Below the pieces are notes generated by a model, which saw only the letters and a list, made by a program, of their open reading frames with translations, was not told where the DNA came from and did not search any database. From positions 64,001 to 128,000 of the IMG/VR virus record IMGVR_UViG_3300034105_003151: DNA of 64,000 nt; one strand, 5' to 3'. Source of the DNA: a virus. Made by a program: the position numbers and the translations under genes. Below, piece by piece: positions 9,939 through 20,699 of the stretch (positions are counted from its first letter, which is position 1; each line of letters opens with the position of its first letter).

Positions 9939-11660
9939 TTATGCACATCCTGTCGAGTATACCCAAGATATATCCCAGCTAAATCTTCCTTCCATCGGAT
10001 TCCATACTTGATTATTTGAAGTTATAAATACTATTCCTGTATTAGATATACCATAACTACTTGTTGGTGCCAATGTAGCAAACGCAACAGGAGCTATTGG
10101 TTTAAAAGATTCGATCAACTGTGTCAATTGTCTAAATTCTGCCCTGTTCTTGTTTATTACGCAGTCTGGTGACTGTGGATGAGCTTGGTTGTATCCGGTT
10201 GGTGCTGGATAAACGATCTCAACATTCACCCTTCTTTCGCTCTTTGAGTTTCCTACCTTTTCCAATTTTGGTCCTAGTGGGCGACCCAATATAAATGCTT
10301 CTGCTATTTGATCACTAGCAATATTGTCCGTTACTGTTACCACACTAGATAATACCCCGGAAAGCCACGCACCGGGCTTATTATTGTAAGACACATTATA
10401 AGAAATTGTTCCGGCAATAGGATTCAATGTTTCTGAATAACTTACCGGAGTTATATTTAATGGATTAGGAGTTGTTCCAATCCACTGTACAGGCAAACTT
10501 CTGCCCGCTGGAGCAGAGGGATTTGGTACAGAGGATAGGGCTTGACTAGCTCTCTGATATAAGAACGGTTTAACGCCAGAAACATAAGAACCTAGGGCAT
10601 TAAAATACTTATTATTTGAAGATGTTTGATTACTAAAGTTTTTCTTAAACAAGCCTGATATATTTCCTGTCATAGCAACATCGGGAAAAACACTAAAACC
10701 GGCACTAGCTTCTTCTAATCCTCTGATTGTGCCCTGTACTGTTACTGTTTTGATAGTTTTATCGTCTGTACTAATTTCCCAGGTAAAATCTTCAGTATAT
10801 TTGACTCCTGTACCCAAAGCTAACCAAGTATCACTTAGACTATATGTTCCAGCACTAATTGTAGAATCTATAGTTCTCATATGATTATAGAGTCTTAATC
10901 CTTCTGATGTTGCTGCATTATAAATACCTATTCCAGAAGGAGAAGAAGATGATGTATAGACACTATTTGCCTTGTTTAAGACCCATTTTGCCGCTTGTGC
11001 ATATGCTTGTGATCTTGATGATCCTGTATCTAGTGTATGTCCAACGGCACTAATCTTATGACTAATTCTGTATTGCAGGAAATTGGTGATGTTATATCCT
11101 GTTGACAAGATATTCATCTGAGTTAATGAAGGAGGTTGGGCTGTTGATACGCTACTATTATTGAATTCGTATATTCTAGAATTAGTAGTGCTATTATAAT
11201 AAGCAACTTCATCTAAAGGTTCTACTGTCCATGATTCGTCAAATGATTCGATGAGTCCATTACTAACATCTTTTGAATATATGCTTTCTAAAGATAGATT
11301 ATAGGGGATTGTAGTTACCCAATTATTATTACTTTTTTCTGCATTGGCACTACTGAAATATGTACCGCTAAATTCTAATATCAAAGCTGAATCACAATAT
11401 ACTTGAAAAGATTTTCCTTGTTTATTATTATCGCTGAAGAAATCAATAATTCCACTATAAGATTTTAAACATCCACTAGTATTATTGCCAAAAATTAAAC
11501 CATCTAAACTAATAGTACTTTTGTAAGATAAGATATTGCCATCAAAATCCTTTGTAGGATTTGTACTAATAGTCATAAGAGGAGTAGGAGTAGCATTAAG
11601 CACAGAATCTGTGATAACATTAAAAGTTGATCCACCATAATTATATGTGATATTAGCCAT
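9939..11660 (-). CDS. Tail protein (distal-tail position)
   Basis: Immediately after the tape measure gene; beta-rich. Confidence 0.55.
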   Translation of the reverse strand: MANITYNYGGSTFNVITDSVLNATPTPLMTISTNPTKDFDGNILSYKSTISLDGLIFGNNTSGCLKSYSGIIDFFSDNNKQGKSFQVYCDSALILEFSGTYFSSANAEKSNNNWVTTIPYNLSLESIYSKDVSNGLIESFDESWTVEPLDEVAYYNSTTNSRIYEFNNSSVSTAQPPSLTQMNILSTGYNITNFLQYRISHKISAVGHTLDTGSSRSQAYAQAAKWVLNKANSVYTSSSSPSGIGIYNAATSEGLRLYNHMRTIDSTISAGTYSLSDTWLALGTGVKYTEDFTWEISTDDKTIKTVTVQGTIRGLEEASAGFSVFPDVAMTGNISGLFKKNFSNQTSSNNKYFNALGSYVSGVKPFLYQRASQALSSVPNPSAPAGRSLPVQWIGTTPNPLNITPVSYSETLNPIAGTISYNVSYNNKPGAWLSGVLSSVVTVTDNIASDQIAEAFILGRPLGPKLEKVGNSKSERRVNVEIVYPAPTGYNQAHPQSPDCVINKNRAEFRQLTQLIESFKPIAPVAFATLAPTSSYGISNTGIVFITSNNQVWNPMEGRFSWDISWVYSTGCA

Positions 11661-11662
11661 CT

Positions 11663-14600
11663 TTAACTTCCTTCGTTTTGTCTATTTTTACGCATGAACG
11701 ATTCTTCAATCGATTTCTTAACTAATTCCCCTAGTGGTCCTGCTAGAACATTTTGTAATATTGCGGCCCCATTAATAATCACATTAACATCGTGTTTTCC
11801 TTCTACCCCAACACTAGAAGGCAATACTTCCTTCATCTGCTGTACAAAATTATTTAGGGTCGTCGCTAATCCGTCCATAGACTGAGATCCAGCTACTGGT
11901 CCTACTGATCCTCCGTTCTGTCTATATATTACCCCGCCATTAGAATATCCTCTGTTGATATTTTCTAATAGGCCGATATTTTTTTGTGTTGACTTTCTAT
12001 TAACAACATACTCACCCTTACTTAACATTGCTGGAACAGTGTCTGTTCCTCTAGGAATCATACCACCAGTACTCCATCCTTCTATTCTTTTAGCGCCCGT
12101 TCTCATAGTATAATTAGCATTTTTCATTGCTGTTATTCTATTATTATACGCCTCTCCTCTTTGCGTTCTTTGGTTCTTAAACTGATTAGCCCTATCATCT
12201 CTCATCTGCTGTAATTCTTTCATTCTTCTTTGACCTATGCTAAACATACTAACACTATCCCCGTTCATGTTTCTGATATAGGCTTCTTGCATAATGTTAT
12301 AGCCCATTCTAGCAAAATCCAAACTTGACATTTCGTGGATATTTTTATTTCCAAAGAAAGTATTTTGAAGCTGCTGATTACCAGCCACATCTGTTTTAAC
12401 ACCACCTCCAAAGGGCATTCCTCCATTATTTAGATATGATGTCGCCCCTGATCTACCTCTAATATCTATACCAGAACCCCCGTTTGTACTGCCTTTACCT
12501 ACTTCAAACTTTCCAATACGAGGAATCGATCCTCCACCGGCTCTATTGATAGACTTTAATAATGGTAGATGTTTTGATGTCGATTTAGCGTTAACAACAA
12601 ACTCTCCTGGCGTAAGCATCGCAGGAACAGTATCTGTACCCTTGGGTTGGAAATTAATTAATTGTCCTTTTGAAGCATATACCATTCCACCATCAACTTT
12701 ATTGATTGGTTTTTTGTTTTTACTATTATGTTTAGCTTCCATGCCAGCTATATCAATATCTCTTGCTTCTCTTTCTGTTTGTTCCCAGGAGTATTCTTCA
12801 TGGTCATCACGATCTAAATCACCAGCTAATTGATTTCTTTTTACCCAATAGTAAAATAGTCTAACAAGACTTGTCTTTGTTTCGCCACTCTTCCACTGTC
12901 CCATTTTTGCAGTAGTTGTCTTGCTATATAATTCGGGATATTTCTCTTCATATCCGCTACCATAGTTTATATCAGGAAACTCGCCTGTTATTTTTTTCTT
13001 AGGAAAAAATAATTCTTTTGGGACATCGTTAATATGTGCAAATCCATAATCTGTTAGCGCTTGTTTTAAAGATTCTGGAGCAAATTTATTCCATTTATAT
13101 GTACCAGATTTAGTTTTTTCTCCTAAATTATTATATCTTTGAGCAGTAATTGTTTCGGCGTTCCAGTCTACTGCATCTATGCTAGCAAACATACCTCCTC
13201 TTTCTTCTGCTGTTCCGTATCTTTTACCTGTATTTCCTCTTGATTGAAAAAATCTAGGATTAGTTTCTCTACGACCACCAGCAGCATTGGTTTCCACCAT
13301 ATCAAAAGAACCTCCTTGTCCCATAAATTCTCCACCATTTTTTAACATGGAGTCTCTCTTTGAGGTATCTTTATCATCCATTAAGTTTGTAACACCAGTA
13401 GATCTTTTTCCTATATCTCTGGAGTTTTGTAAAGTATAAGCGCTTAATGCTTTACTTTGTTCTACAGCCAATGCTCTTGATTCATAAGAAAGTTTTTTCC
13501 AATTAACTTTAACTATTTGATTATTATCTGCTCGTCTTAAAGCTACCCAAGATAAACTATGATCAACGGGTTCTTCAAGACTAGCCATAACACTAAATTT
13601 TCCAGACTTATCAGTAAATTTTGCTGGTTTTGGTCTACTAATTCTCTCGTCTGATCCTGCAAATCCTCCATCTTTTAAGTAATTTACATCTCCACCTTTA
13701 CTACGATTAATACTGTGTAACAATCCCATATTTTTAGATGCAGATTTAGAATTAACAACAAATTCACCAGGGGTCAACATTGCTGGCACGGTATCTGTGC
13801 CTTTGGGCTTGAAATTAATTAATTTACCTCCTGATGCATATACAACTCCTCCGTTGTTAAATGGTGCTGCTTGAGCGCCACGCATTGCTGCTTGTCTATC
13901 TTCTTCTGCTTGTCTTTTTTGATCTTTAGATTCTATTTCTATACCAAGATTTTCAGAATTAGGCGATTGTGTTCTATTTTGTAAATCCTTTTTTTGCCGA
14001 GCCGCTTCTGCTTCTCTGCGTCCTTGATCAACAATTCCAGCGGCCCATCCCGGCCCAAATTGACCATTAACTGGTTGTACTTGATTTGGTACTTGAGTTT
14101 TTTCTAATCCTCTTTCTGTTGCGGCTCTTGCTAGACTTTCGTTTAGTGATGCCGTAGCGGCATTGATACCAGTAATTAGTTCATTAGCTGTATTTTCCAA
14201 TAGTCTCTTTGACTCATCATCAAGTTTAGCTGCTTCTGTTACCGCCTGTTGTTGCATTGCTCTTAATATTTCGGCTTCTGCTCTTAGGGCTTTAAGTACA
14301 GGATCTCTATCTGCTCTTTGATCTGGAGTTTCTCTTAATTGAGCAATTATATTTTTGAGTATAGGATTATTATTTGTTCCTTGGGCTTTAGCCATAGATT
14401 CAAGCATATTAGCTTTCATATTATCTATGTCTGGCCCACTAACTCCCGCTACCTTAACTAATTCATCAAACATTTGCAATGCGTTTTTATTTTCATTAGC
14501 ATACGCTTGTTGAGCTTCCATAACGGCTTCTTGTACGCTCTTACCATCATTAAGCGCTTGAAAATATGCCTGTTGTGCATCGCTAGATTGTTGTATATTG

Positions 14601-17600
14601 CTTACATTTCCTCTGATGGCATTATTCATAACAACAAAACTACGATTCATATCCATTAATTCTTTAGGAGTACTAGTAACCATTTTTTCTGCTAGTCCTT
14701 GACCAGCAGCTTTGGTAGCTTCTAAAAGTCCTACTCTTTTTTGCATTTCGTTAAATATATCACTGATACTAGCTTCTAAAGTTTGTGGAAGCTTTAAAAG
14801 TTCTTCTTTAGTTCTAGCAATAGCAGTATTAAAGGCTTGAACGTTTTGTGTTAATCTACCGGCCATAGCAAAATTATTATTGTTTAAAGCATTAGTAGCC
14901 TGATTAGCAGCATTGTCTCTTTGGTTCTGCATATCTTTTATTTTTGCAGATAGATTTTGTGGCGTTGCCTGGGCTCCTCCTAGCATAGAGTTACGAGACA
15001 CAGATGCCATACGAGCATTGATTTTTTCTCTATAGTCTACCCTGGACCCCAATGCTTCTTTTTGAGAAAGCCTACTACTAGCTTGCATAGACAATAGATC
15101 ATTTTCTCTATCGAATTTTTTGTATTCAATTTCTACTATACTAGCTGTTATCTTTGATAATGCCGCAAAATTATCAGATACAAGCTTAAGACTTTCTTGC
15201 ATTGCTTTGGAGGCTTTATCGGATACTCCTTTTAATGGGCCTGTTATTTTTTCTAAAACAGCATTCCAATCAACGGCTTGTCCATTTTTTGCTGCTTCGT
15301 CTATAGCTCCACTTATTGAATTATTTAGCGTATCTATTAATCCTCTAGATATATTACCTTCTCCAAAATTAGCAACAATATTAGCCTCTAATGTTCTTCT
15401 GATACTATCACCAATATCTGGATTAGCTTTTCCTTGTTTTTCAGCATTTTTAATAGTTGTAGATGTTAATGAATCTAGAGAATCTCCAAAATTAACTAAT
15501 CTTTCAGCAACTGGACCCATATCTCCTAACAGTTTAGAACCAGACGATACGGCTTTGGCACGATCTTCTTTAGAGTATGCAGATGGATTTTTAAGTATAT
15601 CAATATTTTGCTCTGCTGCTGATGCTCTAACTGTTGTTTTACCCGAAATAATCTCTTCGGCTTTATTAGAAATATTAGCTAAATCAAAAGAAGACTTATT
15701 TAAAGACTGAGAAACTACATCAAATGATGTTTCTATGCTAAGTATAGATTTCTTTAAAAGAATTGCTGCTTGTCTGGCTTCTTCTGCCGCCTTTGCTGTT
15801 TTAATAGTTGCGTCTTCGGCAGCAAAAAGATTAGCTGCTTCTGATGCTAAAAATTCTTGTCTCTTTTTTTCAAATGCGGCCTGGGCTTCATCGGCACCCT
15901 TATCATTTCCTGCATATCTTAAGTTTTCAATATATGAATCCTGAGCAGCTACCATTTGGATGTATTCTTTGCTTGATCTAGCAACTAGCATATTTAGCTG
16001 TTTAAATTCTTCTGGGTCCATAGATGTTGCTAATTCAGCAAAAGTTTTATTAGTGGCCTTCATATCGGCAACTATAATATTTTTAGTTTCTTGTAGAGGC
16101 TTACTGAACTGAGAAGAATACTCTTGAGCAAAACTACTAATATTTTTTTGTATATCAGCTTGAGATCCACTAGTATCAAATTTTTTAGGAGCAACCGTCA
16201 ATGCGAGTCCAGCTACAACATCTCGTTGCATCATGGCATTTTGTCTATTTTCTTCTGTTCTATCAGTAACATAAGCAGCGGTATTTTTAGTTAGTCTTTC
16301 TCCTTGCATTTCTAAATCTTTTTTATTTGCCTCTAATTTAAAAGCTTTGGCAGCTTTTTCTGCTTCATAAAATCCCATCGTTAGTCCTATTAATGCTCCA
16401 GCAGTACCTCCAATAGCTGTTCCTAATGGACCAAACATAGAACCAACAGCAGCGCCTGTAGATCCATAATTAAGAGCATTCGTACCCATATGATTTACTT
16501 GTCTACCAGCGTCTGTAGATTCTCCACCCAAAGCAGAAGAAACACTACTAATAGCCGCTCCTCCTCCCATCATAAGGCCAAGACTAGCTAGTGGGTTTGT
16601 TGGTCCTTTGGGTAATTTCTTAGCTATTCCTGTCATTCCTAATTGGGCGAATAGTCCTCTTAATCCTGTAGTTGCTGGCCCCATACCCTTAAAAGATGTT
16701 GCTGTGTTATTTGCTGCTTGTCCAACATTTTGTAATGCCTGTGCTGTTTTTTGAGCCTGTGCAGAAATACCACTTGTTATCCAAGGATTAATATTTTGAG
16801 GAGAAGCCATTTGCCCGGTTCCTCCTGTCCACGGATTTCCTCCTTGGGCAAATTTTTGTACTCCTCCTCCTTTATTGAATCCCTGAACTTTATCAGCATG
16901 ATTCATTTTATGAAGAGAAGATAGTCCTATGCGACTAGCAGCTTTTTTATTTATAACAAATTCGCCAGGAGTTAGTAGCGCAGGAACGGTATCTTGTGGA
17001 GAACCACCCTTGGCAAATTTTTGAATAGGACCACCAAAATTTCTTGATTGAATAATTCCTTGCTGTCTTAAAGATTGGAATGCTTGTAAATCCTTTTTTT
17101 GCGTACTACTCAATATTTCATTATTTTGAGACTTATCAAATATACTCCAAAGATAATCTTTTCTCTTAGGGCTAATCTTTGTTTCTTCTCCACCTCTTTG
17201 TCTATTTTTTACTATTCCTAATTCATTATTAATCTGTCTCTGAGCTTTGGCTTGTAATGATCCATCTCCTGTAAACTGCGCACCGTCAAAAGAAGCTTTT
17301 GCATCTACCCACTTTTTTGGTAAATTACTATAATTATCTTTTAATTGTGATGGTAATCCATCTGGAAAATCAAAAGGTCTTTGAGCTTCTGTTTGTCCAA
17401 AAGGACCAGCCTTCATTGTTCTTAGAACGTCTTCAAATAGGTTTCCTCTGGTTCCTTCATTAATACCACTTAAGAAAGAATCTTGATCTTTTTTATTGAT
17501 TTTAGTTGCTGGAACACCTAAATCTTTAGATAATAAACGAGTAGCATAATTGACCCCTCTAATAACACCCTCATTTATAGCAGCCATAAAAGATTGGTTG

Positions 17601-19468
17601 GTTTCTTTATTTAAACCTTCTTTTATTCCTATTATTTCTTTGGTTTCATTGCCCAGGGTAACTCCAAAAGTTTTTGAAGATGGTTTCTGCCCATATTCTA
17701 ATACGGCAGCACCAACTCTAGGATCTCTTTTTAGATCATCAACAATTCCTCCATTAGCATACTTATTCATTCCTGCTAGTTTATCCGCACCAATAGCCTG
17801 AACAGCTTTTTTACGAATAACAAATTCGCCAGGAGTTAACATAGCAGGAACAGTATCGCCGTTTCCTTGACCGGGAACAAAACCTCCACTAGCAAATCTA
17901 GGAATTGATCCTCCTTCATGGCGACGTAATCCGCCCACAAATCCTCTACCAAAACTAACAGCAGCACCAGCACCTCTAATAGTTCCAATAGCTAACAATG
18001 CTGGCATAATTCCCTTGGCAGCATCTGCTAGTTTGATTAGTGAGCTAGTTAAATCTAGTGTTAATTTAATAAATGTTTGAAATCCTTGGCTTTCACCAAT
18101 AGATCTAACTAAAGCAATAAACTCTTCACGAACCTTAGTCATCTTATTAGCAACACTCTCTTGAGCAATCGCGGCATCTTTTGCAAGAGAACCTTGACCC
18201 TGTTGGGCGACCTTAAGAGCTTCCTGGGCAGTTGCAAATTGTTGAATAAGAGGAATAACCTTACCAATTTGACGGAATCCACCAAGTTCTTCTACTATTT
18301 GACTAAACTTTAGATCTCTTGGGTCTAGTTTGCTTAATCCTTCGCTTAGTCTACGAGAAGCTTCATATGGCCCAACGAACTTTCCTTCTAAGTCCGTTAA
18401 TACAACTCCGAATTGTTTTAGGGCATCGATGGTATCTTTTCTCTGTAGTCTAGTAAAGATGGTTCTTAGGCCAGTAGAAATTGTTTCAGCACTTTCACGG
18501 GTAGTTGCTCTGATACTTGTGAATACTGCAATAAACTCATTAAGAGCATCCTTACCTTCACTAACACCTTTACTAGCTGTTGCGAACACACCTCCCGTTC
18601 TTTGAATAGCTGTAATAATGTCACCGGCTTCTACAGCGAACTTAGCAGCAACAGCATTAACACTACCGAGCGCACCTTCAAGATCACCGGCTCCAATATT
18701 AAACTGTCTCATAAGAGCAATAGAGCCTTCTACCGTATCATTCAGGCTATCGAACGATGGAGCAAGGGCACTAAGGGCAAGAGCTTTTAGGGCTTTTTCA
18801 GTATCGCGGGCACTTAGACCGGCCTGAGCTAAAGTACTAGATACTTTAATTAAGTCATTAGAAGCCACACCAAGATTAACTGATAATCCAGTAATCTCTC
18901 TTACCAATCCATCAAGTCCAGATAAACTAGTATCAGTAACCTGTGCTACTCTAACTAATTCTTTGTTAAATTCAACGAATTCTTTAGTAGCAGAATCTAG
19001 AGAATTACCAAACTTATATATGATACTAGTAACAGTTGCCATAGCAGCAAATCTTCTAACAGCTATAGCACTTTGGCGACCAAATTCTTCAAATTGATTA
19101 CCGCATTGTTGAGTATTTCTTCTAAGTGCTGTTAGACTAGTAGCTAATTGACCAGCAGCAGTGGCATTATTTTGTAGATTCTGTTGTAGGTTATTTAATG
19201 GATTATTAGCTTGACCGATTGCTTGACCCAAAGCTCTAATAGCTTGAGCGGCACTATTTGCATTTGTTGATGTATTATTAAGTACGCTATTTAAATTAGT
19301 TAGCGATGATGTTAGTTTAGTTATGTTTCCCGTAGTATTATTACTTACATTAACATTTACGTTAGCATTAATATTCCCAATCTGCTGCTTAATATTTTTT
19401 ACAATACTAGCAACGTTGGTTGGTCCTTGTAGATTTAGTTGTGCTGTTAAATTAAATCCAGATGCCAT
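11663..19468 (-). CDS. Tail tape measure protein (TP901-type core) with five DTVPAMLTPGEFV repeats and an SHD1-like insert
   Basis: 2601 aa, Ala/Gln/Leu helical; TMP core motifs (LAQAG.SA..., ETISTGLRTIFTRL, GGFRQIGK); repeated GG...DTVPA(M/L)L(T/S)xGE(F/Y)V. Confidence 0.9.
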   Translation of the reverse strand: MASGFNLTAQLNLQGPTNVASIVKNIKQQIGNINANVNVNVSNNTTGNITKLTSSLTNLNSVLNNTSTNANSAAQAIRALGQAIGQANNPLNNLQQNLQNNATAAGQLATSLTALRRNTQQCGNQFEEFGRQSAIAVRRFAAMATVTSIIYKFGNSLDSATKEFVEFNKELVRVAQVTDTSLSGLDGLVREITGLSVNLGVASNDLIKVSSTLAQAGLSARDTEKALKALALSALAPSFDSLNDTVEGSIALMRQFNIGAGDLEGALGSVNAVAAKFAVEAGDIITAIQRTGGVFATASKGVSEGKDALNEFIAVFTSIRATTRESAETISTGLRTIFTRLQRKDTIDALKQFGVVLTDLEGKFVGPYEASRRLSEGLSKLDPRDLKFSQIVEELGGFRQIGKVIPLIQQFATAQEALKVAQQGQGSLAKDAAIAQESVANKMTKVREEFIALVRSIGESQGFQTFIKLTLDLTSSLIKLADAAKGIMPALLAIGTIRGAGAAVSFGRGFVGGLRRHEGGSIPRFASGGFVPGQGNGDTVPAMLTPGEFVIRKKAVQAIGADKLAGMNKYANGGIVDDLKRDPRVGAAVLEYGQKPSSKTFGVTLGNETKEIIGIKEGLNKETNQSFMAAINEGVIRGVNYATRLLSKDLGVPATKINKKDQDSFLSGINEGTRGNLFEDVLRTMKAGPFGQTEAQRPFDFPDGLPSQLKDNYSNLPKKWVDAKASFDGAQFTGDGSLQAKAQRQINNELGIVKNRQRGGEETKISPKRKDYLWSIFDKSQNNEILSSTQKKDLQAFQSLRQQGIIQSRNFGGPIQKFAKGGSPQDTVPALLTPGEFVINKKAASRIGLSSLHKMNHADKVQGFNKGGGVQKFAQGGNPWTGGTGQMASPQNINPWITSGISAQAQKTAQALQNVGQAANNTATSFKGMGPATTGLRGLFAQLGMTGIAKKLPKGPTNPLASLGLMMGGGAAISSVSSALGGESTDAGRQVNHMGTNALNYGSTGAAVGSMFGPLGTAIGGTAGALIGLTMGFYEAEKAAKAFKLEANKKDLEMQGERLTKNTAAYVTDRTEENRQNAMMQRDVVAGLALTVAPKKFDTSGSQADIQKNISSFAQEYSSQFSKPLQETKNIIVADMKATNKTFAELATSMDPEEFKQLNMLVARSSKEYIQMVAAQDSYIENLRYAGNDKGADEAQAAFEKKRQEFLASEAANLFAAEDATIKTAKAAEEARQAAILLKKSILSIETSFDVVSQSLNKSSFDLANISNKAEEIISGKTTVRASAAEQNIDILKNPSAYSKEDRAKAVSSGSKLLGDMGPVAERLVNFGDSLDSLTSTTIKNAEKQGKANPDIGDSIRRTLEANIVANFGEGNISRGLIDTLNNSISGAIDEAAKNGQAVDWNAVLEKITGPLKGVSDKASKAMQESLKLVSDNFAALSKITASIVEIEYKKFDRENDLLSMQASSRLSQKEALGSRVDYREKINARMASVSRNSMLGGAQATPQNLSAKIKDMQNQRDNAANQATNALNNNNFAMAGRLTQNVQAFNTAIARTKEELLKLPQTLEASISDIFNEMQKRVGLLEATKAAGQGLAEKMVTSTPKELMDMNRSFVVMNNAIRGNVSNIQQSSDAQQAYFQALNDGKSVQEAVMEAQQAYANENKNALQMFDELVKVAGVSGPDIDNMKANMLESMAKAQGTNNNPILKNIIAQLRETPDQRADRDPVLKALRAEAEILRAMQQQAVTEAAKLDDESKRLLENTANELITGINAATASLNESLARAATERGLEKTQVPNQVQPVNGQFGPGWAAGIVDQGRREAEAARQKKDLQNRTQSPNSENLGIEIESKDQKRQAEEDRQAAMRGAQAAPFNNGGVVYASGGKLINFKPKGTDTVPAMLTPGEFVVNSKSASKNMGLLHSINRSKGGDVNYLKDGGFAGSDERISRPKPAKFTDKSGKFSVMASLEEPVDHSLSWVALRRADNNQIVKVNWKKLSYESRALAVEQSKALSAYTLQNSRDIGKRSTGVTNLMDDKDTSKRDSMLKNGGEFMGQGGSFDMVETNAAGGRRETNPRFFQSRGNTGKRYGTAEERGGMFASIDAVDWNAETITAQRYNNLGEKTKSGTYKWNKFAPESLKQALTDYGFAHINDVPKELFFPKKKITGEFPDINYGSGYEEKYPELYSKTTTAKMGQWKSGETKTSLVRLFYYWVKRNQLAGDLDRDDHEEYSWEQTEREARDIDIAGMEAKHNSKNKKPINKVDGGMVYASKGQLINFQPKGTDTVPAMLTPGEFVVNAKSTSKHLPLLKSINRAGGGSIPRIGKFEVGKGSTNGGSGIDIRGRSGATSYLNNGGMPFGGGVKTDVAGNQQLQNTFFGNKNIHEMSSLDFARMGYNIMQEAYIRNMNGDSVSMFSIGQRRMKELQQMRDDRANQFKNQRTQRGEAYNNRITAMKNANYTMRTGAKRIEGWSTGGMIPRGTDTVPAMLSKGEYVVNRKSTQKNIGLLENINRGYSNGGVIYRQNGGSVGPVAGSQSMDGLATTLNNFVQQMKEVLPSSVGVEGKHDVNVIINGAAILQNVLAGPLGELVKKSIEESFMRKNRQNEGS

Positions 19469-19485
19469 ATGTTTTCCTATTTCTT

Positions 19486-19519
19486 AAAAAAAACGCCATG
19501 CTGCGAGAACAACATGGCG
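19486..19519 (-). terminator. Rho-independent terminator between the tail chaperone and tape measure genes
   Basis: Minus strand CGCCATG..stem..CATGGCG followed by a T run. Confidence 0.65.
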
Positions 19520-19554
19520 ATTCTAAATAATACCACTAGCTTTTAATACACTAA

Positions 19555-20388
19555 TTAGTCTTGTTTTTGTTCTGATTTTACCTCTTCAACCTTGGCCGGT
19601 TTTTCATCAAAAACCACAGGTTTTCCATCATCGTCTAGGAATGGTTGCTCGTCTACTAGAAATTCACCATCTTTAGTTAGTAGATTACCAAACTTATCAA
19701 TTCTACGATTATCAGTATCTACATAAAACCCGTCTTTATCTACTAGCTTGCCATCACGATCTGTTAAATGGCCTTCTTTATTAACAAAGTGTAGATCAGT
19801 ATTTACGAACTTATACTTTAGTAAGAACTTGTTTTCTGGTAGATTTTTTTCATAACTACTATCTAGGCCATAAAATAGTTCCGCATAATTACGAGCAGCT
19901 TCAGCAGCTAGGGGTTCTGATCCTCTGTTGAGATAATCTTCTAGATTTTCAAAACACTTAGAATTATCTGACTTTTTAAATGCACAAGCAGATACCAGAT
20001 AATCAAACTGAGCATTATCAGCCTGACCTTCCGCACTGTTAGAATCTAGAGAATTTCTCGACATTAACAAATCTCTAATAGACTTGCGACTATCAGCAAT
20101 TTCTAGGGCTAGGGCGCGAGCTTCTGATAATTTAATACCACCCCTAGCAAGTCTCTTTTCTTGAGAGGTGAGATTTTTTTGAAGGTTCTTTAGTTCATTT
20201 TCCTTCTCATCACTCCACATTCCCTGCTTAATCAATACGTCATTGATCTTTCCCCTAACAATTGCTCCGCTACTAATAGCATCAGCAAAAGCAGAGTTAT
20301 ATATCTTCTTGGCTTCTTTTTGATCAGATAGTGTTGCAGAACGAACATAGTACTGAACATCGTCAATTGTAAAATCTTTCGTTTTCAT
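19555..20388 (-). CDS. Putative tail assembly chaperone
   Basis: Position between tail tube and tape measure genes; charged helical protein. Confidence 0.5.
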   Translation of the reverse strand: MKTKDFTIDDVQYYVRSATLSDQKEAKKIYNSAFADAISSGAIVRGKINDVLIKQGMWSDEKENELKNLQKNLTSQEKRLARGGIKLSEARALALEIADSRKSIRDLLMSRNSLDSNSAEGQADNAQFDYLVSACAFKKSDNSKCFENLEDYLNRGSEPLAAEAARNYAELFYGLDSSYEKNLPENKFLLKYKFVNTDLHFVNKEGHLTDRDGKLVDKDGFYVDTDNRRIDKFGNLLTKDGEFLVDEQPFLDDDGKPVVFDEKPAKVEEVKSEQKQD

Positions 20389-20699
20389 TCTCTATTCTCC
20401 TTGTCCTTGTTTATAACGGGAAATCTGTAATTATATCGGGTGTTTTTACTACCGGATAGTATTTTAGTTAAATCTTCTTCCAATAGTCGTTTCTGTTTAT
20501 TTCCATGATTTAGGATATTATTCCTAACATCTTGCCACATATTATCAAAATACCCCTCTTGCTCTGTCAATTGATCTGCATTATCTTTATAGTGCGCCCA
20601 CAGATAACCAAAGACATTTTCAAACTTTGACAATGAACCAATCATCGTTGTTTCTAATGCTTTGATCGCCCGCTGAACACACTCTTCTGTATTGTTCAT
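20385..20699 (-). CDS. Hypothetical protein
   Basis: ATGA-coupled ORF in the tail operon. Confidence 0.6.
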   Translation of the reverse strand: MNNTEECVQRAIKALETTMIGSLSKFENVFGYLWAHYKDNADQLTEQEGYFDNMWQDVRNNILNHGNKQKRLLEEDLTKILSGSKNTRYNYRFPVINKDKENRE

